The position numbers and the translations under genes are program-made. Below, piece by piece: positions 11,661 through 24,685 of a stretch of DNA of 64,000 nucleotides. Numbering within the stretch: position 1 is the first letter of the stretch; each line of letters opens with the position of its first letter. Under the pieces are notes generated by a model that was not told the DNA's origin, ran no database searches, and saw only the letters and a program-made list of their open reading frames with translations. Location: positions 1 through 64,000 of the forward strand of contig NW_021833726.1 of assembly GCF_006345805.1 (NCBI RefSeq), given 5' to 3'. This stretch comes from Octopus sinensis. Taxonomy: Eukaryota.

Positions 11661-12895
11661 TTTGGAGACGAAGGATACAACAATCTTAAAATAATTAATC
11701 TATGCCATTGCGAACGAAAACCCCCACTGAGAAGCAATCAACACGCCACGAAGCAGTGCATTCAATGAATTCCCTTTTCTTTTACACATCAAAAGTATAG
11801 AAGTCATATATTTACATTTATATATTTCTTTCACAGCCTAGCTTTTTATATCCAATAAAATTAAATAAAATAATTTCTCAATAAGATACACATTGTAACT
11901 CAAATAAAATGTATCCAGATTTTACGTTGAAAATCAATCGCATAGCTGACTGATTCAATGACGATTCGTAGCATTGAATATGTGTACATAATATGTACAC
12001 AAAGTTACAAATTGATCTTCGATCTTCAAACATTTTACTTTTAGTCAAGGTGGATATTTCTTGTAAGATTTCCACATACTTCTTTCTTCGCACCTTATAT
12101 TATACATAATGTTTCTCTTCTTGCAATCGATAAGAGGATCCTATCTGCCTATAAGTCGGTAGACGTGATGGATTTTCCTAAACTTGGTAGGTGTTTCCTA
12201 AACGTGACATCTGCTTACATTGTTACATCAAATTAAATGTTATTGTATCATGTACAAACCTTAGTTAACTTATCTTTCCTAACAGCTCGTCAAGGCAGAA
12301 AGATCATATTATATTGTGGCATTTTAAAATAGGCCTTTAAACAGTTCTTTCGCCCCTTTATATAAGTTGGCTGTATCCCTTTTGTGTGTTGCGTGCGTGT
12401 TGCATGCAGAACATGAAATATATTTCCGCTGTTCACAAAGTTGGCGCTGTCAATGATAAATTAAGCATTTTAAGAATGTGGGTTTTGGTGGAATAATTCT
12501 GTAGAGCTGAGTTATTCCGACGTATAGTGAGATTTCTTCATGGGTTTCCAGTTGTGTGAGTGAAATGACACAAATCTCTATCCGTGCTTAGATTTCTTGA
12601 AGAGAAATCCACCACAATAGAGCATAGAGGTACGATAGCTTGCAGGTTTATTCCTTTTTTGAACACACTTTACCACGAGTAGCACTCTACACAAAGGACA
12701 TTTTTTAACTTTCCTGTAGCCGAGTATCACTAAGCTCTTGCTGATAAAATCCAGAGTAATGAGTTGTGGTATTAAGTGCGACTGGAAAAATGCTGCAGAT
12801 GCAGATGCAAGGTGTATTTTCTTGGAAATACGTGCAGCTTTTAGAATAATTGTTTTTGCGATAAAACAATTACGAGTGTGTGCGCGCGCATCTGC

Positions 12896-12943
<48 letters not shown>

Positions 12944-13959
12944 TATATATATGACTGTGTATGTGTGTGTGCAAACTAGTAATATATTGATGCATAATAT
13001 ATATATATATATGCATACATATGCATGTTTTACTCTTGCACCCGGATCCTTTTGGTCGGACATTAACTGTTCTGTATAATTTTACCCTAATACTTCCTTA
13101 GTTATTGCCCATCCTGTTACAGCCTCATTTACATACACATAGATTTGTGTGCATGTGTGCTTGTATAAACACACACACACACACACACACATACACTTAT
13201 ATACAAATATATACTTACAGATATAATATATGTACACTTACATATATGTGCATAAATAAACACACGCACACACAAACGCTCACACAAACACACACACAAG
13301 CACACACATACACACATACGCATGTATATACTATTATCGTATCGAAGTGCATTAATGTTTTGTATCCTGTTACGGAGATCAATATATTACATATATCAAC
13401 TTGCAAATGAATATAGAGCATTTAGTGAAAGGAGCGGGGTTATTTACATTAATGGATCGATGTATTGTATCTAAGTGAAGTGATCGATAACGAGTATTGT
13501 AGTGAAAGGGATAAATGTATTAAATTTCACATCACGGACCGGGAAGACCACTTTACACGGACGGCCCAATTGACATCGTTCTAAATTTGGAAAAAAACCC
13601 ATCGCATCATCAGTTAAGAACAAGTTTTTATATATTTGAAATAGAAAATTTGTTTCACACACAAGTGTCGTTGCTGGCATTACAAACACCAATTATGTTT
13701 ACGCAAGAGAAAGTTGAGAAAATTGCTCAACTGCTTAGTGTTCTTTGGTGCAGAAGAGAAAAATAAAAAGTGGGAAGGCTAAAATGGTGTGGGCAATATC
13801 AAAAGGTGGATAATTATACGACTGGTGCTAGAAGAGGAAAGTAAATATAAGAATAACAACGAGGGTGAGATGGATAGAGAGATATGAAGAAAGATAACGA
13901 GAAGATAAAGGAGTGAAAGAAAACAGGTACACAAGCACAAGAGCATATGCACACACACA

Positions 13960-14330
13960 CATGTATGTGTGTATGCATGCAGGTATGTATATATGGATGG
14001 ATAGGTGGATTGGATGGATAAATGTATGTATGTATGTTTGGATGTATGTATGTATGAATGTATACGTGTATGTATGGATGGATAGATGGATGGATGGATA
14101 TATGTATTTATGTATGTATGTATGTATGTGTGTGTGTATGAATGTATGAATGTATGTATGGATGGATAGATGGATGGATGGATACATGTATGTATGTATG
14201 TATGTATGTATGTATGTATCTATGTATGTATATATGTATGTATGTATGTATGTATGTGTGTGTGTGTGTATCTTCCTGCCTGCCTGCCTATCTACCTGTC
14301 TGTCTATCTATCTATCTGTTTGTCTCGTTG
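13960..14330. repeat. (TATG)n/(GATG)n/(CTAT)n compound microsatellite
   Basis: Directly visible. Confidence 0.95.
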
Positions 14331-14479
14331 TCAGTCTGTGAGGGTTTGTAGGTGTGTGTGGTGCGTGGTGCGTGTGCATATGTGTATGTGTGTTTTGGGT
14401 TCGTGGTATCTTGGGCAAGTGCTCTACTAAAGCTCGGACCAAAGCATTATGAGTGGACTTGCAGACTGAAACAAAGAAG

Positions 14480-14538
14480 CCCGTCATATGTATATATTTA
14501 TATATATACATATTTATGCATATATGTATATGTATATA

Positions 14539-14601
<63 letters not shown>

Positions 14602-14748
14602 CTCAATGTATATATATATGTATATATATGCATATATATATATAATGTATATATATATATATTATATTATATATAATATATATATATATATATACATATA
14701 TATATCATGTTATATATATATATGTATATATATGCTATATATATATAA

Positions 14749-14792
<44 letters not shown>
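14480..14792. repeat. Imperfect (TA)n tract
   Basis: Directly visible. Confidence 0.95.
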
Positions 14793-14795
<3 letters not shown>

Positions 14796-14807
14796 TGCAT
14801 GTCTTTG

Positions 14808-15001
14808 TGTCTGTCTCCCCACCTAAGCCTGAAACTGGTGTTGGAGTGTTTACGTTAGCGTAACTTAGCAGTTCGGTAAATGAAAACCATAAGAATTAGT
14901 ACCGGGTTTAAAAAATAAATCTGGGTTTGATTTCTTCGACTAAAATCATTCAAGACGGTACTCCATTATGGCCACAGCCAAAGATGACTAAACAAGTAAA
15001 T
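14808..15001 (+). mobile_element. SINE 3' part
   Basis: Same family as 11-210; ends in AAACAAGTAAA. Confidence 0.75.
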
Positions 15002-15071
15002 GATATATACATATATATATATATATAATATATATATATATTATATTATATATATATATATATATATATAC

Positions 15072-15102
<31 letters not shown>

Positions 15103-15793
15103 ATATTTATACATATATATATATATATATATATACAATTGCAGCATGGATAGTGTTTATAAGCCATTTAAAAACACATAAAAACCGTTAGATTCACTTC
15201 AACATTTAATTTAATTTGTCAAAATATTTTCGTCACTTTGAAACCGCGACCTGTTCACTGACAAAATTCCGTGCACAAACAAGACATTTTAAAGTGTAGT
15301 CACTTCTGTCACGTTTGTGAGCCCTATTAATTTTGAATTCAGGTTCAAATTGCTAATAAGCCACCCTTTTTAATTTGTTGCTTACACTTTTACCGTTTTG
15401 AAAATCAGAAAACTCGTTTTCAACGGTTTTTCTTATAAGATTGATAAAGGAAGGCAATTTTAACTCTAAGCGTTCAGAGTCGCTGAGTGGAATTTAATTG
15501 TCTACACCAAAATCCGAAACCGCGATCCAAATATGTACGGTGGGGACTTACCTCCTTTTGTCAGTCATAAAATACATTGGCTTTGTGGCTTTTGATTTAT
15601 TTTATCTCTTATTTTTAGCAAAACGGTGCTAGTCAGTACCCTCTGTCACCGTGATCTCTATTAATTTGCCTTTAGGATTCTAATCGCTAATAAGCCACCA
15701 GCTGTCTTCTCATTCTAAGGGTGAACGAAGCTATGTTTTGTACTCCAATACGTTCTTAACAGAATACACCCAACTCAACTGTATGTATGTATA

Positions 15794-15841
<48 letters not shown>

Positions 15842-16107
15842 ATCTAAACATGAAAGCACAAAAAAACACAGCAACGCGAGGACGTGGAACAAATATAGTA
15901 TTATTGGACGCTCAGGAAAGAAGGAAAGAAGGAGGGTTTAACGTTCGAGCGGAGCTCTTCGTCGGAAACATAGGAGAAGGAAAGATCCAGAGAAGGAAGA
16001 CAGAGGAAAAAAATCGCCAACGGTACACACGCGGTCACATTTGTATCGTCTGTCTAGATGTTTTGCGTTCTTGTCCCATTTTTATATTTATATATATAAG
16101 TGTGTGG

Positions 16108-16194
<87 letters not shown>

Positions 16195-16982
16195 CATGTG
16201 AGAGAGGTAGAGAGAACAAAAACACATTTGACAGGTGTACATATTCAAAGGGAAGGAGAGGGAAAGAGAGTGAGGCATAGTGGGAGGAGAGAAAGATAGA
16301 GAAATTGAATAAATAAGAGAGTCAGTCAGAAAATGAACATGGTTAGTGTTTGGAGTGAAACAAGCCGGCACAGGACTGGCTGGTTATATGAAACTGCTAG
16401 AAATAGCAGGCTTAGCCCCAAATTGCACTCATGATCAGCGAGTTGGATTAGATATACACTTACGTCTAGAATGGTCAATACGTTATTGTAGACACCGACA
16501 TGTGACCAGAAGGGTCCACGAAAATGCTCCATATTTACATTGCATTGCGGTGATCGGAACTGATGCCGTATATATGACTAGCAGAAGCGGAATCCAAGTA
16601 GTTGGATACGATGATAACATACTTGGAAACAACGTAGATATGTCGTTTTGACAAAAGGACAAACACTGCATTCAACGCGGGTATAAGCCGACATTCTAGC
16701 TTGGATGGGTCTCGTTACAAAGAGCTTTTGACCAAACTTCGGGTAGTCATAGTTCTGTCATATTCAGAGAACCTGACAAACTGTAAAGATGAAATTTAAG
16801 GAAGTTGATATGATGAATCGGTTGTGCAGCAAGGAGGGAAAATAGGAGGGAAAATATAGTTGACCGAAGAGCCTTTGCCGAAGAGGTGATAGCATTTAGT
16901 AACCTGGGCTTCACAGTTAGCCATGTCCACAGAATGCTGGACGTTGCCTCCAGCCAGGGCCATATATATTAACTATATCATA

Positions 16983-17175
16983 AATATTGGTTTCGAATTT
17001 TGGTACAAAGCCTGTAATTTCGGGGAGGGAAATTAAGTCGATTACTTAACTGGTATTCACTATATCGACCCCGAAAGGAAGAAATGCAATGTCGACCTCG
17101 GCAAAATTTGAATTCAGAACGAAATGCCGCTAAGCATTTTTTCCGGCGTGCTAACGATTCTGCCAGTTCGTCGCC
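16983..17175 (-). mobile_element. tRNA/CORE-type SINE
   Basis: Reverse complement of head and core. Confidence 0.8.
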
Positions 17176-17380
17176 TTAGTCGCATCACAAATATTAAGTG
17201 GAGTTTCATATATTAGTCATATAGTTTTATATTGTTCAAATTAGTCAGTTGCCATATATCTGTGATGTATACACATTTCCTCCACATTTTTATTTTTTAA
17301 GATGGTGCAAATTATTTTAATTAAAAGATGTTAATTTTGCACAGTTTTTCTCCTTATATATATTCCATCCAGCTCATATC

Positions 17381-17430
<50 letters not shown>

Positions 17431-17432
<2 letters not shown>

Positions 17433-17570
17433 GAGTAGCACATAAATGTGAAACAAGGTGGAAAAAGAGTACTCAAATACCAGAGGTAGAGTAATATGCT
17501 TTATTTAAAAGCAGCAGAAATATAACAAGAGCTGTTACTCGGAGTTTTACGTTCCTGTTCGTCAGACCGT
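17431..17570 (-). mobile_element. (TA)n-tailed short element, HHR family B, degenerate core
   Basis: Homologous to 20275-20420 and 62646-62790; minus strand reads CTGACGA-ACAGGAACGT-AAAA-CTCCGAG-TA-ACAG. Confidence 0.7.
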
Positions 17571-19104
17571 TTTGTTAAAATAGAACCGAAATAACGATTT
17601 GATCAAAACTAGTTGAAGGACACACCTTTAAAAATAGATTTGTTCCATTGGTCCTTTCAAATAACGGTCTTAGGCAAGCGATAAACAAAATAAACAAAAT
17701 AAATGAATTCAATATAAATTATAAAAGAAAAATCGAGGAAAAACCTTAAATCGAAGAGCGGATTCAAAATACATATTATCGTTAATTATATAGAAAATAT
17801 AATTCAATTAATACAATTAATACAAAAGAATTTAAATTTATTCAAATATTTCACAACAGTATATACTCAAACTAAACCATCAATATACATATATACATCA
17901 AAATACACATATAGATGTACACAGACCACATACATATGCAGACATATAAATGCAAAACGTAAATATACACTCAAATACACGTATACATATGTATACGCAA
18001 TCTTGTCCGCATGCCAAAATCACTTGGTGTATACATATAGACTAGAAGTAAAAACGCAGAGAGGGGGAAGAAAAAGAAAAGAAAAGGTAACGATCTTATA
18101 AGCAACAGAAAGCTAAAGAAGTGAGTAAAGTTACAGGACCCTATACAAGTAACGAATAGGGAGAGAAACAAATTAATATGGAAAGAAAGGAAGAAAGAAA
18201 GAAGTCTGAATATGCGTAATGAACGTTCAAAAAATAAAATTACGTATACATGTGTATATAAAAGTGTATATTAGAAGTAAATACGCATATAAGGACACAT
18301 ATATAAATATATAGAGACAAGTACGTAAATACACATCCACAAGTGAATACATGCATACATATACATCCATGTATATATGTGTATAAGTATAAACATACAC
18401 GCTCACTTACACATATACATAGAGGCGTGCATGCGAATATATATACATGCCAATACAAATATTCACATAAAAACATGACTAGGATCTGACGTATATACAA
18501 ACAACATTTTTTTTAAATTGCTGAGTGCATAATTATAAATTTTAGATAAAGAACATGCAAAATATAACACCTTATATCGAATTATCACTGATATTAAAAT
18601 CCCCTTAAAATGTTTAATCCTCAGGAGCATATTTCTAAATGTATTGCAACTTTTAAAATATTTTGATTTAAATATTTATTTCTTAGAAAAATCCCTAGCC
18701 TCCAAAAATGCAGCACCTTCCCTAGTGTCTTCTTGATATTTGCTGTCCTGTTAAGGGCTCACAAAGTCCCTTGAAGAGATTGTCATCAAAGTTTAGGAGA
18801 TGGTTTCTTTTGAGATTTCTTCGCGATTTATTGTCATTTCTAATGGAAAAGAGTCAAACAGTGCTGCAGGCTTAGGTGCTTCCTTCCCTCCGAATGCAAC
18901 GATTTAGCATCCACAAAAGTAGAATATGGTGTATGAGAGTTCATATCTTCATATAATAAGGATTGCGAAGATTGCCGCGCTCTCAAAGCACTTCCATTAC
19001 GTTTCGCAGTTTCTGCCTCTCTTCCGCTCTTCCTCTCTTCCGCTCTGCCTCTCTTCCGCTCTTCCTCTCTTCTCTCTACGTGTGTGTATACTCATATACA
19101 TAAT

Positions 19105-19144
<40 letters not shown>

Positions 19145-19389
19145 TATGTGCGAATATGTGTTTTCTGTGTCTGTCATTCTCTTGTCAATTTCTTTCATTT
19201 CTCATTACCACTGTTGAAAACATTTAGTTAATTTGTCATTGTAGAAAAGAAATTTCATATTTCAAAAGAAGTTGCTTATTACAAACCGTAAACAAAAATG
19301 TCAATCAAAATTCATGTCATTTCAGGAAACTCACAAATAAACATTTGTTTTTTAATGATTACTTTTCTTAAGTTACTTAAAAAATAATA

Positions 19390-19506
<117 letters not shown>

Positions 19507-19622
19507 GTGTCACTATATTTTTCTTTCTATCTGTATTTTTTTCTTTTCACTATCACTTTCTCTCTCACTTTCTCTCCCTCTTTCTCTTTCTCTCTCTGTA
19601 CATGTGTGTATTCATGTATATA

Positions 19623-19668
<46 letters not shown>

Positions 19669-19804
19669 TAAATGAAAGAATGGAGTCGAACGAAGACGTC
19701 AATTCTTCTAACGGTTTTTTTAAGAAAACACTCATTATCGCTTTGTTTACCATGTAGGCAATCATCGAAATTTTTGTTTGTCTTATTGTCGAGAGGCTCC
19801 CTTT

Positions 19805-19890
19805 CTTTACTGATGAGAAGATTGCATAATGCACCTTTATCCTTTGGAATGAAAACATGCTGTCTTCGAAACATGTGTCGAGAGTAAAGG
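19805..19890 (+). ncRNA. Hammerhead-like motif inside a 34-bp inverted repeat
   Basis: CTGATGA(19810)-GAAGAT..GTCTTC-GAAA(19868)-CATGTG-TC; stem I (CTTTA/TAAAG) displaced by 5 nt. Confidence 0.5.
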
Positions 19891-20086
19891 AATTTTGTTA
19901 ACATTCGTTCGACTCCATTCTTTCATTTATTCATATACAACACACAAATTTCTACACATGAACCCGGAGTTTCTAACCCTTGACAGGTTGCTTCAACCGT
20001 GTTTCTGACGTGAATTTGCTACCCAGGTTTCGGTTAAATGAATTTTCCATGCTGACGATAAACATAGGATAATTCATTCAACTACC

Positions 20087-20130
<44 letters not shown>

Positions 20131-20164
20131 TATATATATATATATATATATATATTCTCACATC

Positions 20165-20212
20165 GTCTCTGATGAAAGGATATCCATAGTATCCCAGAAA
20201 CAGCTGTAAGGC
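20165..20212 (+). ncRNA. Minimal type I hammerhead ribozyme (family A)
   Basis: GTCT-CTGATGA-aaGGATA tccatag TATCCca-GAAA-CAGCTG-TA-AGGC: stem I, core, stem II, palindromic stem III, GUA site. Confidence 0.65.
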
Positions 20213-20278
20213 TATTTCATTATAAATGTCTTGGCTTTGTATCTCATTCTGGCTAATATATATATATATATGCAAAAA

Positions 20279-20317
20279 CTGTCTGATGAACGGCAACGGG
20301 AAACTCAGAGTAACAGG
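20279..20317 (+). ncRNA. Minimal type I hammerhead ribozyme (family B)
   Basis: CTGT-CTGATGA-A CG GCAA CG G-GAAA-CTC A GAG-TA-ACAG; GNRA loop II, GUA site. Confidence 0.75.
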
Positions 20318-20582
20318 TTTTGTTGAATTTTCTGCTGCTTTAAATAAAGCATATTACTCTACCACTGGTATTGAGTACTTTTTTCCACCTTGTTTCACAT
20401 TTATGTGTTTACTCCGGTATATATATATTATATATATATATATATATATATTAATATATACATATATCATTGTTATTTTTATCCACCACGCTAATATAAT
20501 TAGTTGATAATAATAAAACAATAACGTAAGCGGTTGCAGGTCTAAAATAAATTATGTACCTATAGAATTAAAATTTATAGCA

Positions 20583-21037
20583 ATCATAAGAGCACACAAA
20601 TGTGCCTGTCTGCTAGAAATAAGAGTTAAAGCCCTCATTTAAACCATCAATAATTACATTGAAAGTTACGACAGAAAATCAACAGTAGTTGGGCGAACGG
20701 GCCAAAACTAAACTTTCACATACCTTTCCAATGCTATATATTTCTTAGTATTTGGATACGTGTGAACCGGATCTTGGGCGGGTTGAAAAGGTTTTTCAAC
20801 CGGTAATACTTACTGAGGAAGGTAAAACTGTATGTCAAAACTGAAACCGCGGTCCTTGCGTTTCCAAATACTAAGAAATATATAGCATTGGGCTATATAG
20901 GTATGTGAAAGTGTTTTGGCTTGTTTGCCCGACTACCGTTGATTTTCTGTCATAATTTTCAGTGTAATTATTAGTGGTTTAAATGAGGGTTTATATCTTA
21001 TTTCTAGCAGATAGGCGCATTTGTATGCCCTTGTGAT
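20583..21037. repeat. Foldback element: ~178-bp diverged inverted arms around a 98-bp spacer
   Basis: Arms 20583-20760 and 20859-21037 align as reverse complements with scattered substitutions. Confidence 0.85.
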
Positions 21038-21510
21038 ATACACACACATATCTCCCTCTCTTTCTTCTTTCTTTGCCTCGCTTTCTCTCATTCTCTTTTT
21101 CTTTTTTTACTTCCTTCTCTCTCACTTTTCCCTTTTTATCTCTGTATCTTTCTCTTCCTTTCTCCCTCTCTTGTTTCGCACGTACGGATTATTTTTTCCG
21201 ATCTAAGTCAATTTACTACAGAAGAGGATGTTACAGGCGTTCTAATCATATGAATGATATATTCACGACAAATGTTGCCTGCAAGACATTGATTATCAAA
21301 ATTATGAAAATTTCCTAGACAGGGAATGCTATATATAATATTGTATAAGGGGGAAAAAGGGAAAAGCTAATAAATATTTTGCTTAATTAGATGTTTCTTT
21401 TATTTAAGTATTGTTTTCCCTGTACTCTAAATATTTCTTCTGTGGATATATAGCTACTTTCCAACAAAAAAAAAATACCATTTATTTTGGGCATAAAACA
21501 ACGGATTATG

Positions 21511-21727
21511 TACGAGGGGTGGGGCTGAAAAAATTCCGGCTTTTAACAATATTGTGAAATGCCTGGCTCAACCATCCGAGTTCTTTTAGAGCGCTTAGAA
21601 AAACTGAAAAACCGCCTCAATAAGTGTGTAAATCTCAGAGGGGAATATGTTTAATAAAATCATAATTAATTGAACCTTTTGGATTTTCTTTTACCCCAAG
21701 CCAGGAACTTTTCGGCACACCCTCCTA
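21511..21727. mobile_element. Mariner-derived MITE
   Basis: TA-CGAGGGGTGGGGCTGAAAAAATTCCGGC versus GCCAGGAACTTTTCGGCACACCCTCC-TA imperfect TIRs. Confidence 0.65.
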
Positions 21728-22399
21728 TGAGTACATTATATCGGAGTGTTTTACTACTCAGTCTCTTTACTTAATGAGTAACATATAAAAACCAAAAATA
21801 CCATGGATATTACAGTATTATATCAGATTATGATAACTTCTTTTTAATGAAGGTTATGATTTCAAAATAAAATAGGATATTTTTTAGATAATAATTAAAT
21901 GTAACTTAATTTAGAGTTGACGTTAAAAAAATAATAGTAATAACTAATTAGATGAAATAAAGAAATTGCGAAGGAAACTTACTGTTCTTTTTATACAGTA
22001 GAATTTCAACCTGTTCCTGTTGTAATTTCTCAAAGGATACACGAACCTTCTCGAGTATATTTTTGTCTGTGAGTTCTCCATACATGAAGCTGCATGTGCT
22101 ACTCTTTTGCATGACTTCAGCTCGGTTGTAACCGGAAAGTTTGCAAAAGCCATCGTTACAATATACAATTGGATAATCGACAATTCGGGCATTGGCGAGT
22201 AAGAAGCAGCTATCTGTAAAAGATAAAAATTAAAATTATAATTATTATAATACAGCAGTATATTTCTGTAAAAATATGTAAATGAAAAAACATAGAGGAA
22301 ATTGTATATCCTTGCAGGGTATCGATAAGTTATGGGGGGAAATACGTAGTGATCTTTGGTCCTACGGTTCGTTTTAGGTATTACGGCTTTGGTCAAAAT

Positions 22400-23610
22400 G
22401 GAGAATCACCTTCTACCTACAGTTTTTACGATAAATCTCTTCTCTACATCTTTTATTAGTTCTCCAGAACGGGGACCAATGGTATGCAGAAAGCATGGAT
22501 TGTCTGACAGAGTTACGTCATGTTCTGTTTTGGTTTACTTACAGCTCATAGGGCGGTTTCATTCCTTAGATATGGAGCAGGGGTAATCGCATGGACAGTA
22601 GACGAACTAAACAGCTTAGACAGAAAGACAAGGAAGTTGCTAACTAGATACGGAACACTCCACCCAAAAAGTGACGCAGACGGAGTGTATATACCAAGAA
22701 AAAGAGGGGGAAGAGAACTGATTGAATGCGAACACAGCATTACAGCAGAGGAAAACAACATAGCATGGTATGTAATAAATGCCACAGAACTCCTATTATT
22801 AGAAGTAAGAAGATCAGGCTGGTGTAGGATGAAAGATTGCAAAGATAAATTACTGTACAAGAAATTCAAAATGAAACTGAAAACAGGTGGGCAAAGAAAA
22901 GAATGCATGGTCAATTTCATAGGGATGTTGAAGATAAGACAGACAGAGAAAAAAGATGGCTGTGGATGACTAAAAGTGATTTAAAACCGGAAACGGAGGC
23001 TCTAATCTGTGCTGCCCAAAAGCAAGCACTAAGAACAAACTACATAAAATACAGAATAGACAACACATCTGAAAGTGATAACTGCAGAATCTGTGGACAA
23101 AACTGTGAAACCATATGGCATATTACCAGCCAATGTACGCCACTTGCCCAGAAGGAATATAAGAGGTGCCATGACAATATAGCCAGGCTTGTACATTGGA
23201 CACTTTGCAACAAGTATGGACTTGACAGAGCAAAAAATTGGTACGACCACAAACCTGAAGGTATTGTCGAAAATAAAAATGCAAAGATCCTCTGGGATTT
23301 TATGATTCAGTGCGACCATGAGATAGAGAATAGGAAGCCAGACATAGTCTTAATTGAGAAAGAAAGCAAACTATACTGGATCATAGATATAGCATGCCCA
23401 GCTGACAACAAGGTATGCGATAAGGAAGAAAGAAAAGCAGGTTAGCTTGGGAAGTTAAGCAGTTGTGGTCGATGAAAAAGGTAGCAGTAGTACCAATAAT
23501 TGTCGGAGCCCTGGGAACAGTGAACAAAAATCTCGAGAAGTACGTGAAACAAATAGGGGCTGCAATAAGGGGTGGATCATTAGCATAAAAAAACTCTTGT
23601 AAAATCGGCA
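22400..23610 (+). mobile_element. R4/Dong-clade retrotransposon 3' half (RT end, CCHC knuckle, RLE)
   Basis: LDRKTRKLLTRYGTLHPKSDAD; ETEALICAAQKQALRTN; CRICGQNCETIWHITSQC; KILWDFMIQCDHEIENRKPDIVLIEKE..IIDIACP; VVPIIVGALG. Confidence 0.92.
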
Positions 23611-23869
23611 AGAAGGAGAGTATTTGTGGACAATTACTTCCAAAATTGTAGCTGCTCTATTCTTTCAATAAATTCATACATACATACATAGAAATACATA
23701 CATACACACACACACATGATGGAATCTCTCATCAAAGACAATTTATGAATGTTCAGCATTTGCCAAACAACCTGCACAAATTATTCGTTTATAGGGATCA
23801 AATGTATGTGTCGTACATTAAATCCCTTCCTCCATCAAATCGACATTACCTGAACAGGTACACAACTAT

Positions 23870-24015
23870 ACTACGCGTCATGTGTCGAAGTGATTGCAGA
23901 TCAATGCGAGACGAAGTGTTTTGCTGAAGAACACTACGTAGAACCCTGTCCAGGAATTGAAACCATGATCTCGCAGCCGAGAGTGCAACACCCTAACCAC
24001 TAGGCCATGCGTCCT
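23870..24015 (-). mobile_element. tRNA-headed SINE fragment
   Basis: Reverse complement GGACGCATGGCCTAGTGGTTAGGGTGTTGCACTC..GGTTTCAATTCC (box A/B). Confidence 0.7.
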
Positions 24016-24068
24016 AACACACACACACACAAACTCACACACACACACACACAGACATACACTCACGC

Positions 24069-24143
<75 letters not shown>

Positions 24144-24444
24144 TATAGTCCAAAAATCGTGTGGTATACACAGCAAAAGCTATTGGTGCACGTGTTTACA
24201 TTAGTAAGTGACAATCTGGAAAAGCTAACGATTCTCGTCTAAAGTGCACTTTGCAATCTTTCGCTGGAACGCTATAAAATATGCACGGTTTTGTAAAGTT
24301 CAAATTTGTTAACCAAATCCCAGTGGTGGAGCATTTTTTTCACTTAGCAAATATTCTAAAAATCAAATGTGAAGGCGCACATACATTAAGTGTTTCAAAC
24401 ATTATAAAACGTTATTGTTTCACTAGTAAAAGCATGATCTCTTA

Positions 24445-24685
24445 TCTTGTTTCAGTCATTACACTGCGGCCATGTGGAAGCTATAACTGGTACTTATTTT
24501 TTAAAGCCTGATAGTATTCTATAGGTTCTCTTTTGTCGAACCGCTAAGTTAGGGGGACGTAAAACAAATTTACACTGATTACTTGTCAAGCTGTGGTGGG
24601 AGACGAACACAAAGACACACACACACTGATATGTACGGCCGGCTTCTTTCTGTTTCCGTCTATAAAATCCACTCACATGCATTAT
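24445..24685 (-). mobile_element. SINE
   Basis: Reverse complement of the 11-210 family tail and body. Confidence 0.75.

Noticed and set aside
16326-16960. Possible host exons or a LINE endonuclease remnant (minus strand RHIYVVSK..GISSDHR)
   Set aside because: Stops in all frames and only a weak SDH-type motif; cannot be assigned without a profile search.
18766-18800. Hammerhead-like TTGAAGA-GAT TGTC ATC-AAAG
   Set aside because: Both conserved boxes are mutated; could be chance or a very decayed copy.
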